From a virus (taxonomy: Duplodnaviria > Caudoviricetes): 53,406 nt of DNA. The translations under genes were made by a program, and so were the position numbers. The stretch spans positions 1 through 53,406 of the IMG/VR virus record IMGVR_UViG_3300030708_002291; one strand, given 5' to 3'. The stretch's first letter is position 1. Each line of letters begins with the position of its first letter. The notes below the pieces were generated by a model. That model was not told where the DNA came from and ran no database searches. It saw only the letters and a program-made list of their open reading frames with translations. This document shows, in pieces, positions 35,012 through 47,500 of the stretch.

Positions 35012-38000
35012 TCACATCACCTCCTTGAACAGGCTCTTGCTCTGACCGATGGGTTTGGCATAGCCGCCGCTCGCATTGACACCGATGTATCCCAATCCGC
35101 CTTGATTCTTTCCTATGACGAAGCCTTGGTTGTTTATGTTCCTGACTAGCATCTTGTATGCGGCGACGACATGCACCCTGCCGCCGACGGACATCTCCAC
35201 GACATCCACGACGGACCCGGCGTTCTCCTCCAATGGCTCGCTGTTCCCAGATACCGTCTGCAAGTCGGATAGTATGCCCTCTATGCCCTTCTCGTATTGT
35301 GCGATGATGAAGTCGGAGGTCAGTGTCGAGTAATTGTGGAGAGCCTCAAAGACTGCGAAGTCGCCAGATAGGTTGTGGGTTGGGAACTCCACGGAGACTA
35401 TCTCTCCGGGCTGTATCATGGTTGACCTCAATGCGCCCTTGACTGTGATGACTGGCGCTCCGTTCTCCGTCCTGTGGAGTATGTTCTTGGCGAGCCTGTG
35501 TGCCTCTGCCTTGGTCTTTATTCCGGGGACCTCCTTCCTTAGGGTCCTGACGAGTTCTGAGTTCGCACCCCTGCTGGCGTCCGACTTCATCCTCTCCATG
35601 TCCTTGATGACGACGAATGCCCTCTCATTGGCTGCTGATGAGTCACCTACCACGATGATCTCGTTGGGAGCATCAAGCATCTTGCTGACGGATATATCCA
35701 GTATGCCATTCGCCATGCCGAGTACGTTGCCCTTGTGAGAAAATGAGTTGGACGAGTAAATGAGTCCGCCAGATCTCTCGTTGACGAGTTGCTTGCCATC
35801 TATCTGGCTCATTGATGATATGACTTCCATGATGTTCAGCCCTATGCTCTTTCTAGCCGTGAACATAGGAGAGTGATCGTTTGTCAGTCTCAGGATTGGA
35901 TGTGCATTCAGTGTATTGCTGACCTCTCTGTCCTTGCCGATGAGGTTGACGCTGGGAGTCACGTTGTATGCAGCCAACTCAGGCGAGGCGTCATTCAGCA
36001 TGTGCATGACTGCATCTGATGTCCTGATGCCAACGTGTCCTAACTGGCCCAAGAGGGCCATGCCGGGAGACATGCCGAAGTCAGACAGGCTGTCTGCATC
36101 TATGTTCCTGAATCTCAATATGGTGGATATGTCGTCACTCTCCACACCAGCGACCCTGAGTCTAGTTCCTGTGCTATCGACTAAGTAGGGGGCGAACCTG
36201 TCTGCTGTGATCGTCTGTCCATCATGCCTCAGTGTCGATATCTGGTCACGGACAGATCTGATCTTGGCTGTGGTCGCGCCATCCTCTATCATCACTGGTC
36301 GCTGACTGGTCATGTAAAAGTCGGATGGATCATACTCAAGCAGACCTCTGAACGACAGACTGGTCTGCCTCACAACATCATTGGTGGCATCATAGCGCCT
36401 CCATGAGTCAGAAACCTGCTTCATGGCCACAACAGCGTTGTCAACGAAGGTGGGGGCAATCAGGTGAGGGTGTGTCAAGGCCCTCATGTCAGTTAGGGCA
36501 GATGGGCTTGAGACAGTTGTATAACGGGCAACGTAGCCTTTGAGGGATGATATTCCTGTGCTGTTCGTCACACCCGTTATACGGTTTCCAGACTTCCCGG
36601 TATATGCTATCTTACCAGCGTTCACGACGAACAGGCTACCGCTGGATGGAAGCATGGAGGCATCGTCCAAGAGAAGGGTCGTGCCACTGTGTTCAACCAC
36701 GGTGAATGATGGATACAGCCTCGCAGCAGTGTCATTGTGCTTCCTGCTTATCTCCTCTGGCAACGTGTGTCTGGCGAAGTCGCCACCGACCCCTGTCCCA
36801 TCATTGGCGTATCTCGACTCAGACTGATGTATCAACTCGCCACCACCGGGATGGGTGGTCTGAGAGTATCTGGGCTCTATCTCTGGGTTGAATGAGCCAT
36901 CTATGGTCTTTCTAGCGGCATCCGACTTGAAGAACTGCAACATGGCTGTGGATGGTATCAGATGATAGACGACATCATGCTCATTGGCGTCTGGGTATTC
37001 AATCTGGAACGCACCATCTGCTGTGCTGATGAAGTCCAGTGTCCCTAGATTCATGTCCAGATTGGCCTCAAAGATACCATACCTGTTGTCCCTAGTCAAT
37101 ACCAGATCCTCGTAGTCACCACTCTCAAACTTGACACGGGCCCCATGGACCCAGCCATCCTGCAACTGCTGTGATGCGAATCCGAACATCTTCAGGGGCC
37201 TCACTAGGCGGACGTAGTAGTCCACATGCTTCCTCCTTGGATGGGAAATCATGCCTGCGCCTGAGTTGCCATCTATCTCCGTTGATATCGAACCATCCTC
37301 TGTCCTGTTGAGATACGTCTTCCTGAGTATGTATGCGCCACCCCATGGTGGAAGATCTGCTGATCCCCTCACAGACCATGTGTCCTTGGCATATTCCTCC
37401 GCTGTGACGGATAGTGATGAACCTCCCTTCGATGCATTGGTGTCAGGGCTCCACACTGGTTTGGTGTGCTGCCCGGAGATGGTCTGGGACGAGGGGGAGG
37501 AGGGGTCGAGGGTCATGCCCTTGGTCGTGAATCTGGTGTTTATCGTCCATGATGGCGTCACGGGGAACTGCTGCCCGATGCCAAGGTCGCTGTTGAGCGA
37601 GTATGCCTTCGTGCCCACAACGGCATACTCCACGTTGGCATTGCTGTTCCTCTCGCTCTCTGTCTCGATCACTAGACCGAGCCTTGGTTCGCTTCTTCCC
37701 TGCACGTTCCTGTGATCCGCCACCTCGGACAGTGGGATGGGCGTCAGTGAGTTGATCGTGCTGTTGGTGTGAGAGCCCTGTCCCCATCCGCTGGTGGGGT
37801 AGTGCGTGTTGGACGACGAGTGATCGACTGCGGAGGCGTTGACGTGCAGCGCATTGCCCCTCAGATGGAAGAAGCCACCAGTGATGCCGAAGTTCGTGGA
37901 ACTGACCGCTGCCTTGGAGTTGGCTTGGCTGTATGACGAGGATCCCGTGTATTGGATCAGGTCGATGTATGGGTCCGATCCCTTGTTCAAGGGGATGCCC

Positions 38001-41000
38001 TTCAATGGTTGATTGGCAGTTGCATTCGGATCCGCTATCGGCTCCCATGCACCAGATGCCAATGCCGTAGGCGTCACTAGGCCAAGAGATTCATTCTTCA
38101 ATTTAGCACCGAAACCAATAGACTGCTCGGCTGAAGAGGGTCTGCTGTTGGATCTTCTGACAGCATTTGAGAAGACGGTTGACTCTGCTGTGTGCGCTGA
38201 TGAGACGAACCCAATGGGGACGGATCTCTCGACTCCAGAGTATGCAGATGGGAATCCCCATGATGCGCCATACGTCGTTGCATTGGGCATGACTTGCATG
38301 GAATCATGGATTCCACCATCGAATCTTGCTTTCCCATACACTGAGTCCTGTGATGCTTGTGTCTCTGTCGGATCGCCTGCGAGCATATCTAGCGCATCAC
38401 TAGATGTTCTGAAGCCGAATGCCCTCACAGGTAGTCTTCTGCTTGTATCATATGCTACCATATGATCAATGGATGCGAGGTATCTACTGACGTTTGCATC
38501 ATATGTGACACCACCATATGTTGACTCTGGGTTCACACCATCGCCTATACCCTCGCCTCGACTATACCTTGTCGAAGAATATGCGTCAAGGAGACGTAAT
38601 GTGCCCGATGCCTCTCTCACAGTAGTATGTCCCATCAAGACGCTGTTGGCAGACTTGAGCCCGGTTATGTTCCCATGACCGCCTGCATTCAGGCCGTTGT
38701 AGCCATAGTTCTGCATCCATTGGACCGCATAGAGCCTCTCAAAGGGTTGTGCGTTGGCAGGCGTCCCAGAAGTGCCTCCAGAGAAGTTTCTGAGCAGAAG
38801 ACCCTTGGTAGCAGGGTAGTTGTAGCCTCTAGGCATCCCAGACTCCCTGTATCTGAATGTCAAGAAGTGTTCTCTGGAAGCACCAAGGAGGGCTGGATGG
38901 CTGTATTCTGCCAGCCAAGTGCATAGGAACGCATCTGGTGTTCCGCCAGAGGCGCAGTCTCCTGCTTTTATGAGTCCGAAGTCGGTATATACCGACGATA
39001 TACTGCCTCCATTAGCCCCCAAAGCAGCCAAATTAGCGTATTCTGGATCGTGGACTAGGAGGGGTGGGACCGTCGCCAACTCCGTTGCAACCCTCGGATA
39101 GATAATCCCCTCTTCCAGCCCAGATACGAAATAATCGCCGTTCTCCTCGTAAATCACTGGTGCGAAGGGCCTTCCCCCTCCCATGGTGTAATCGTTGAGA
39201 ATGAAGCCGTTGACCATAAACTCGCTACAAGCCGTGTCTGCGGCCATTGCAGCGGATAGGGTCAGTCTGGTAGCCCCAGCCACAGAGAGGCCGCTGTGGA
39301 CGCTTGGAGAGGCCCTCCTGACCGTCTGTGAGACTCCATCGACGTTCGTCTGCTCCTGACCCGGTGCGATCAGATAGTCAACGTCCATCGTCGTGGATTG
39401 ACCAGATAGCCTGTAATTGTCCATTTCAATGTCTGGGAGGCCGTCTGAGGCGAAGGAACCCGTCGCCTTGTATGTTGACACCCCTTTGACTTCAAGCGTG
39501 TCCAGTTCAAGGATAGTCGTGCTATTCGTGTCCTTTGCAGATGCGAAGCCGATGTGCTTGTGTTCTGACTCGCCCTCGTAAAGCAGCGTGTATGCCGATC
39601 CGTGGCTCCTGTGCAACTGCCTCCTCATGGCCTCTGGAGTGCCTCTGTGAGTCAGGGGGGTGACGAAGGAGTGGCCTTGTCGGGCGAAGCGGATGCGGTG
39701 GTGGGGGAAGGGGTAGCCCGTGGCTGTGCCGTTGTTGGTCTGCGTCAGCACCGATCCCCTCTCGGCGTGGTCGGATATCCTGTGTGCTGCGAACAGGCGC
39801 GTGGAGCCGCTTGGGACGGCCCCTGCGGACACGGAGGGGGTCAGGCCATGCTTGGAGGCCATGTCGGGGTGGAGCATCCTCAGGCAGTGGAAGACGAGCA
39901 TCCTGTCGTGCGTGTCGTATTGAGAGACGCCGCTCGCTGCCTCCGCCACCCCAGCGGGGCGTGGGTCCGGGGCCGTGAGCCCCCCCATCCCCCACGTCAT
40001 GTTCGACCACGCCTGCGCCCTGTCATGGGCAGTCCTGACGAATATCTCGCCCGGTATCTCCGTTGGATCCGGCAGTTGTATGGCTAAATTCGGCGTCAAA
40101 CGGCCATTTGGGGCAGATGGGCCAGTCTCCTCCTCCCCTGTGGTCGGATCCACCCTTGTGTTCTGCACGTTGAAGTCGCGTATGACCACACCCCAAGGCG
40201 ACCCGCCGTTGAGTGTGAGCATATTACCCTGATCGTCAACGACGGTCATGTCCTCAAACACCATGTGTTCGTTTGTTATGTTCATACCCTTGACCCTCTG
40301 GGTGTTCACATCATGCTTGGAGAAAATCTCACGGGGCACATTGTCGGTTCCATTGACTATACTACCGCTCATACTGTTGACGAAGGCAGTCGTGTTGTCC
40401 ATACCCTCAAGAAGATCATATGAGTCATTGAGCATATTACCAGATGCGCTGCCTTTTGTCTCAGAATATGCGTATTTGCTTACAAGGGTATCATCAGCAC
40501 CTGCTGGAATCTTCGTTCCATACTCCAGTGGCCTGATTTTGATGTTGGTTCCCGCTGAAGATGGATCGGCCTGAGTGATCGCCCTGAAGGATGGACTCGT
40601 CACTGTGTAGTCTGGAGGGGGCATGTCAGGGAGGTCGCATGAGTTGAGTCCCTCTATGCTGAATCGGACGTAGCCATGGCCAGATCCATGGGCAACGGCT
40701 GTGCAGCCCTTGGAGTCGTGAGCAGTCGTGGGTAGTCCCATGTTGCCGCCGTCCATCGGTTTTGCAGTCAGGTTCCACGTTGGCACTGAACTTCCAAGAC
40801 CTTGAATCACAGGACCAGCGTTAGCAGGGGCCCAATATCCGCCTGCTGCGTTCGGGGCATCCGCCTCCCAAGTCATAACCATAGTGTGCTTGGCTGGTGC
40901 GCCTGTCAAGGTGAATGTCGTATTAGCAGTGAGCGAACCTGCTGGCACTGTGAAGTTGACGAGTTGAAATGGGGATCCGCTCGCATCAAATCCTCTCGTT

Positions 41001-41566
41001 ATCGCAGTGATAGAAGAGTATGACACTGATGTCCCACCTACATCCAATGTCCCACTATCTGGAAGATCAGATGGAATACCGTTCAGATAATTTCCAAAAA
41101 TTATTGTCTTCAACGTAGTGCCACCACCTTGATTTTCTCTAATGAATCCATCATACGATTCCGAGGGAGACATCCTGACGTATCGCGCTCTCAGGTATCT
41201 GGATACGCTATGCTCGCCCACCTGCTTCACCCTTCGACTGTTTATCTTGGCCGCAATGAGCCTCGTAGCAGCCTCTGTGCCCATGGATAGACTGAGGGCC
41301 TTGAGATCCACCACTATGACGTTCTCTGCCTCTGAGGGGGCTGCTGCGGTAGCATTGTTGGTCCTGATGATGACAGTCAGTCCCTGCTTCCACGTCGTCC
41401 CGCTGTTCGTCCCGTATGTCCAGTCCTCTATGTCATCGTCATAGTCGGTGTCTGGGTATGTGATGTGCATGGCGAAGAACCCGCTCGCTGGGTAGCCAGA
41501 CGACGTGCCGAGTGGCTGGACCTTGGCTGGATAGAACCTCTTTCGATATACTGCCATTCTCACCAC
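35012..41566 (-). CDS. Very large tail tip/hub-like protein (2184 aa)
   Basis: Tail operon; C-terminal hub-like segment (NEIIVVG...IKTKAEA..LA..IL...IQPGEIV.V). Confidence 0.7.
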   Translation of the reverse strand: MVRMAVYRKRFYPAKVQPLGTSSGYPASGFFAMHITYPDTDYDDDIEDWTYGTNSGTTWKQGLTVIIRTNNATAAAPSEAENVIVVDLKALSLSMGTEAATRLIAAKINSRRVKQVGEHSVSRYLRARYVRMSPSESYDGFIRENQGGGTTLKTIIFGNYLNGIPSDLPDSGTLDVGGTSVSYSSITAITRGFDASGSPFQLVNFTVPAGSLTANTTFTLTGAPAKHTMVMTWEADAPNAAGGYWAPANAGPVIQGLGSSVPTWNLTAKPMDGGNMGLPTTAHDSKGCTAVAHGSGHGYVRFSIEGLNSCDLPDMPPPDYTVTSPSFRAITQADPSSAGTNIKIRPLEYGTKIPAGADDTLVSKYAYSETKGSASGNMLNDSYDLLEGMDNTTAFVNSMSGSIVNGTDNVPREIFSKHDVNTQRVKGMNITNEHMVFEDMTVVDDQGNMLTLNGGSPWGVVIRDFNVQNTRVDPTTGEEETGPSAPNGRLTPNLAIQLPDPTEIPGEIFVRTAHDRAQAWSNMTWGMGGLTAPDPRPAGVAEAASGVSQYDTHDRMLVFHCLRMLHPDMASKHGLTPSVSAGAVPSGSTRLFAAHRISDHAERGSVLTQTNNGTATGYPFPHHRIRFARQGHSFVTPLTHRGTPEAMRRQLHRSHGSAYTLLYEGESEHKHIGFASAKDTNSTTILELDTLEVKGVSTYKATGSFASDGLPDIEMDNYRLSGQSTTMDVDYLIAPGQEQTNVDGVSQTVRRASPSVHSGLSVAGATRLTLSAAMAADTACSEFMVNGFILNDYTMGGGRPFAPVIYEENGDYFVSGLEEGIIYPRVATELATVPPLLVHDPEYANLAALGANGGSISSVYTDFGLIKAGDCASGGTPDAFLCTWLAEYSHPALLGASREHFLTFRYRESGMPRGYNYPATKGLLLRNFSGGTSGTPANAQPFERLYAVQWMQNYGYNGLNAGGHGNITGLKSANSVLMGHTTVREASGTLRLLDAYSSTRYSRGEGIGDGVNPESTYGGVTYDANVSRYLASIDHMVAYDTSRRLPVRAFGFRTSSDALDMLAGDPTETQASQDSVYGKARFDGGIHDSMQVMPNATTYGASWGFPSAYSGVERSVPIGFVSSAHTAESTVFSNAVRRSNSRPSSAEQSIGFGAKLKNESLGLVTPTALASGAWEPIADPNATANQPLKGIPLNKGSDPYIDLIQYTGSSSYSQANSKAAVSSTNFGITGGFFHLRGNALHVNASAVDHSSSNTHYPTSGWGQGSHTNSTINSLTPIPLSEVADHRNVQGRSEPRLGLVIETESERNSNANVEYAVVGTKAYSLNSDLGIGQQFPVTPSWTINTRFTTKGMTLDPSSPSSQTISGQHTKPVWSPDTNASKGGSSLSVTAEEYAKDTWSVRGSADLPPWGGAYILRKTYLNRTEDGSISTEIDGNSGAGMISHPRRKHVDYYVRLVRPLKMFGFASQQLQDGWVHGARVKFESGDYEDLVLTRDNRYGIFEANLDMNLGTLDFISTADGAFQIEYPDANEHDVVYHLIPSTAMLQFFKSDAARKTIDGSFNPEIEPRYSQTTHPGGGELIHQSESRYANDGTGVGGDFARHTLPEEISRKHNDTAARLYPSFTVVEHSGTTLLLDDASMLPSSGSLFVVNAGKIAYTGKSGNRITGVTNSTGISSLKGYVARYTTVSSPSALTDMRALTHPHLIAPTFVDNAVVAMKQVSDSWRRYDATNDVVRQTSLSFRGLLEYDPSDFYMTSQRPVMIEDGATTAKIRSVRDQISTLRHDGQTITADRFAPYLVDSTGTRLRVAGVESDDISTILRFRNIDADSLSDFGMSPGMALLGQLGHVGIRTSDAVMHMLNDASPELAAYNVTPSVNLIGKDREVSNTLNAHPILRLTNDHSPMFTARKSIGLNIMEVISSMSQIDGKQLVNERSGGLIYSSNSFSHKGNVLGMANGILDISVSKMLDAPNEIIVVGDSSAANERAFVVIKDMERMKSDASRGANSELVRTLRKEVPGIKTKAEAHRLAKNILHRTENGAPVITVKGALRSTMIQPGEIVSVEFPTHNLSGDFAVFEALHNYSTLTSDFIIAQYEKGIEGILSDLQTVSGNSEPLEENAGSVVDVVEMSVGGRVHVVAAYKMLVRNINNQGFVIGKNQGGLGYIGVNASGGYAKPIGQSKSLFKEVM

Positions 41567-44500
41567 ACCGTCTTTGCGTTGCCTATCTCTGTCATCTCTG
41601 CGAATGTCAGGACTCGATTATGTATTGCCAGTTCTGATATCTGCATGTTGGCAGCGTGAATGGGGTTGGATGATGAAGTCACGGATGTGCTTCCTGAATT
41701 ATCCTCGCCTATCAATAGGGTCTTACTCGCACCACTGTTGAAATTGCTGTTCAATATCCCATTGAATGACGTGTCTGTAAAGGGAGATCCGGCCCTCATG
41801 ACCCCATTCACAATTGGATCCCTTAGTAGGCTCGCACCTATCATGACAAGTCCGTTCGTAGGGGTCGTCCCTCCGCCATAGGCAGATGGGAGTTCAGCAA
41901 GTTCAGCCGAGGCTGTGAATCCAGATGGAAGTGACGCTACCTTTGATGTCGTTGAGTCAGCCTCGCTGTCATCATCGAGATCAGCCACTGGAGCCGTGAA
42001 GTCATCAATGGGACCGATATACAGTTTGCACTTGGAATGGTGTGCGCCATGGGTGAATCCAACGAATATCCAGTCATTCGTAGGGAGTAGCAAGTAGTTT
42101 TTATTATCATTTTGTGCGACATCCGAACCAGTGTTCTGATTGGCAGCGAAGGAGACGACTTGGTTCGTCCCTCCGTATCCCATGAATGAGAGATGCTGCT
42201 TGTTGGTGGTGTTTGTCGATGCGTATCCAACATGCAGACCGAAGTAATCATCATGGAGATATCCAGAGATTATCGGGCCATGCATGATGTTTCCTTTGAT
42301 GAAGCATGTGATTGAGAAGTCCCCACTCGGATCGAAGCCATTCAATGGGCCATACTCTGGAACGACTGCTGAACTGAGATAATCCGCAGTCGATACGACT
42401 GGATAGCCAGTGCTGCTGTCGAACAAGAGGGCTTTGGATGTCGAGTCAACCGAGTTGGCAGGGCCATTGCTTGAACTCTGAGCAGCCGATGCAGTCAGCC
42501 TGAGCGATGACCCATACAAGTCGTCTGTTATCTCCTGTGCCCTTGTGAATGAAGATCCAGATATCGTGTCGTTCATCCTCACATACAGAAGGGATCTTGG
42601 AACGATGTCCCCATTGCTGTCAACCTCCATCTTATTGTGGATGCCTCTCATGGTGTTGTCGTTGATGGTGTCATCATCGGTTATGTCGGTGAAGTCGAGG
42701 ACAGCGGATGCAGTGCTTACCTCATGCAGATTCTGGAAGCCTGAGAATCCCGTTGGCCCCTTGGACAAGAAGTGCTTGTATTCATCGGAGTAGTCATTGG
42801 ATGTCCCGTCGCTGATGTCGAACACCGTCCCTGTGTGTCCTCCAGCGAAGAAGATAATAGCCTCAGTGTCGATCAATGGGTCTATGATCTCAATCTCTAT
42901 GCCGTCCAATGGAGAGTCACTGGTATTGTGAATCGCTCTGGCAAAGTCCGCTGGGTTCCCTCTGGGGACGACGTTTCTGAAGAATACGCAATTAGATCCG
43001 AGATGCTGGTCGTTGAGATAACTGCCATTATGCTTTACAGGCGAAACCTCGTCAAAGGATGCTAACTGTCCATCTATTCTTATGATGCCGCCGACAGTGT
43101 TGCGGCTGTGTCTCAAAGCATGATCCAACGCTTTTTTTTCGACGGCTATGTGGTTTATTGTGGTCGATATACTGCCGAAGACAGGATCAACCATGGCAGG
43201 TGGACTTGAGTTATCGATCATCTGTGGTGTGCCCACTGTGTTGACTCTAAGGATGCCGCCTATCCCATCATATGACCTGACAGCGGATGTCGATCCCTGT
43301 TGCAGAACCTGTCCATGAGGTGCGCCTTTCAAGACCGATACTGGTGCGAATGTCTTACCGTCTTCTGATATTGGCAAGGGGGCTGGAAATGAGTTGGGGG
43401 AGTAAGACCTGCTGTTCGTTGCTAGAAGACCTCCAACGCCAACTATGGATGCTGGTTTGTATGGATAGGGAGTCCTATTCCTCATTCGGATGCAGAAGTT
43501 GCGCCCACTCGCACCGGGAACGGTGCTGTGTATCACCAAGGTTCTTCCTCTTTCACCCTCTGCACTTTCGACATCTTTACCGGGATATGCCCTAACATGT
43601 CCCATGTGAGTCCCTGTCTTAGTATCACCAGCAGTTGCGGGGAAGATGGTAGGTGGATCGAACGCACTCCCTCCATCAGCGTTCTTAGCCAGAGGATGAC
43701 CTGCCATGTTGATTCTCCTGATCACCTCATTGAATGCACCATCGAATTCGTTTATGCGGTTTGTTATATCGCTGAAATCTATTGATTGTGGTCGTATGAA
43801 TTCAAGACCGGACCCATCTGCTTTCTTTCCCTTCAGAAGAAGATGAGCGGTTTTGCACTGGAGCGGCAGAATATTCGTCCTATCATTGAATGAGTCATAC
43901 AACTCAAACGGATCGAATACCAAGCCCTCCATGTTGGGCCCATCTCTGATGAGGACTCTGTTTGAGTTCTGTGGATCGACATGCACCCTGTCTGATGGAA
44001 GCCCAAGGCAGTTCCTGACAGCCGTTATTATTTGAGAGTGGACAGACGCAGATGAGGGGTCGAATATTATGTCTGGCTCGTTAGTCGCCCCATATCCTCC
44101 TTTCGATGCTATTAGATACCCGCCAAGAACGACGGTCATGCCAATGGATATGTTCGATGATACATCCAAAGTTGCGCGAGTAGGCAATTGGGACGATGAG
44201 TTGACAGTAATTGCAGACCCACCTGTTGGAGACGGAACCACATATGGGTTCCACAAACCTAGTATGTTGATTCTGTTTGTCGTCCCTGAGAGTTGGACCT
44301 TTGCAATCATGCCATTCTTGGCGTATGTTCCGACTCCTTGTCCTATGGTGATGTAAAACGTCGTTGATAGTCCCGTCGAGTCTCCTCTTTCTCCAGTTGC
44401 AGCCACGAATGCGGACCAGTCATCGACATCGATGTATGCGTCACTTGAATCGACGGCAGTGACCACTGCTTGGACGGATGGACGTTGACATAGGGTGTAA

Positions 44501-47500
44501 TGAGAGGCATCGGGTTCAATGTGAAGTTCTGCTAGTTTGTCCGTGGTTTCTATCGATGACACTGTGTTTCTCAGACCCCAATCCACAGCGAAGGCAGATT
44601 CAGTCTCCCTCATCTGCGCTCTGTTGATGGCAGTCATGGTGCAATCGATTGTCATGTCGAAGGACCGATCAGAGGGGAGGGGGTCGCCGGGGTCGGTGGT
44701 GGTGGATAGCCTCTTCTCGGTGTCGAAGAACATGGATGGGAACAGCGGTATCTCGACTAGGGCCCTCGTTGATGCGTAGTATGTCGATGTCTGGGAGTCG
44801 TTTCTCACGGATGCGTTGCCGCTGCCGATGACCCTATCCTTCCATCCGGGGAAGTGAGGGTGGGTCGAGTATATCGGGTTGACATCTATGGCTCCCTGTC
44901 CCGGTCCTGCCATAGTCATGGTGACGGTGGGAGTTCCGAGGTCGCCTATCTCCTTGATCGGCATCCCCTCTCCGAGATCGAAGTCCCTGTCCGTCCGGGC
45001 ATCGATGATGTCCATCAGTATCGACCTACCCCTTATGATGAGCATGGGCTCGCCATCACCGTTGGTGACGGGCTCTATCTCCTCGATCCTGCCTCTCATC
45101 AGGGATCGCTCGACAGTGGCTGTGAGGAGGTCATTGGGCTGCTTGTACGTGTCCTCTATGTCCGAGAGCCCAGAGTGCCTGTTGACGTTGGCTGGGTGGA
45201 CGAGAACGAGGCTCTCATTGCCCTTGAGTTCGTTGTCAACCACATCGAATCCTAACAGATTGCCCCTGTTCATCGATGATGGCCTTAGGAACTCATCCCT
45301 GTGGCTTGTGTTGTCCGTGGCCGTGGAGCCAGAGACATGCAGTATGTGGTAGTCAGAGTTGGATGTGTCATCGGGCGTGTTGATGCTCGGTATGGCCTTC
45401 GGCCTGCCGTATCCCCTTATGCCCGTCCCAACACCAAGAACGGTGTCCTCTATGTTGATGAAGGGTGATGGCGTTATGTCGCCAGTCGGGTTCGATCTTA
45501 GGGTGTGTGATGCTGCCTTGTCATTGAACGTCGCTGTTGGTAGGCTGATGAGCCCTCCCGGTGCTGTGATGGTGAGGAGGACATCTGCGACAGTGGTTGT
45601 CGATGTCGGCCTCCTGAGATAGTCCGATACGGTCTTGTTGTTGTATATCGCACTGCCATGCGGCACAGTCTTCCTGACCACAAGGTATGCTTGGTTCCCC
45701 GTTGCATGATCTGCTGCGAACTTGCTGTTGACATCTGATGATGTGAGCCCTGTCCCTGCTACGACCTCTCCTGTGAGATCTATGGCATCGTAATACACCA
45801 GTATCTTGCTAGGGCCACCTGCGGACACAAGGGCAGATGGGGAGTCGATGGTGGCGATGCGGGGGGTGTCGAGGGGGGTTAGGTGGCGAATGTATGCGTC
45901 GTTGGTCGGAACGCCTCCCTGTATGTCTCCAGTGTGTTCCGTATCGAGGCCCTTCAGCATGAACGGCTTGGGGTTGGACACGGCTATCGCCACGATCTCA
46001 TCACGGGTCGATGCGGACTTGTCATTGAACCCGATGCCGCTCTCGACCACGATCCTGTTCGCAGCATTGGTGTCCGCCATGATGGCTCCCACCGTCTGGG
46101 CTCTGTTGATGACTCGGCTTATGGGGCCACTGAAGACTGGCTCCGTCACCCTCACAATGTCGTTCTGTGATATGACGGACTGGATGGTGATGTCATCGTC
46201 CATCGTCTCAAAGGTATTGGCGATGCCCTGAACCGTTTGCTTGACGGTCTGACTCTCTGCTGCTGGTATCATCTTGAGAAAGAAGTCGCCCTCGACCAGA
46301 GTGTTGGATGTGACTGCCCCATGGTATCCATACGTGTCAGTGGCTGACAGCAGAGCAGATGACGTTGATCCAGATATCCTGCTCTTAGGAGAGAAGAAAT
46401 ATGCATCGTTCCGATACTCCGTGGTGTCCGAGAACCTCTGGCCGAAGGTGAACTCTGCTCTTGTGTTGACATTTGCCGCTCTCGTTGTGCTACCCGGATC
46501 TATGATGATGTCAGCCTTGCCGACAGTGAACCAGACTGGTGTGTCGTTGGTGTGACTGAACAGCATTCCCTGTGCCTGAGGGTTGCCACTACCGTCATTA
46601 CTAAGAAGGATTGACTCGCAACTAACTCGGCTGTTGGCGAAGTCGATGGCCGTGATCCTGACTCTCTCGATGAGGTTCTGCATGGGGTCTAAGTCTGTCG
46701 TGGATGTTGCTGACCCTGCTGAGTCCGATGCGTATGTCACTTCTCTCGATGATGGTCCCGTCGATGTCCCTGTCATGGGATGGTATCCTGAGTGATTGAT
46801 GACGGCGTTCAGCGGTGTTGACTTCACAGTCCCCACATATGTCTCGTCCCCAAGGTCAAGGGACGTTGAATACCATGACTGTCCGCTTATCTCACTCAAT
46901 GGTATTCCTGTCGCCAAGGACGCTAGTTTCTCCAAGGCAGTGTATTGATCCGTGACGCTGCCGGGATTTGAGGAGAAGTCTCGTATCTTGAAATGACCAG
47001 ATGTGTCGAATGTGTGACCCATGGCGACCATCGGTATGTCGAACAGACCATCATGGGTGTCCGCCCCATCCCTCCCTTGGTGCGTGTATGCGCTTCTTGC
47101 ATTGTTGAAGAATCTGACATCTGGTATGCTCTGCTCATCGTTGAACGACCATAGACCGAAGGTTGATTCCAGACGAGTCAATGGCTGAACGACTGGATTG
47201 ATCTCGCCCTGAGATATCCTGACGCTCTCTATGATGCCTCTAAACTCACCACCTTGTCCACCGATGAAGAGGTCCGAGGATGACTCATCCAACAAGCCTC
47301 CATCGTCCCCAAGATTCAACTTGGCCACAAGATCACCATTGATGAAGCACTTCAAATCCTTGCGAGTGTATTGGGCAGTGACCATGACCAGACCCTGTGT
47401 CCCCTCTGTCATGCCATGTGGCTTATGCTCACCACCAGAGTATGAGCCGGAGTGGGCAGTCCTCTCCGTCCTCACATTGAACGGGGTCGTTATGGACACA

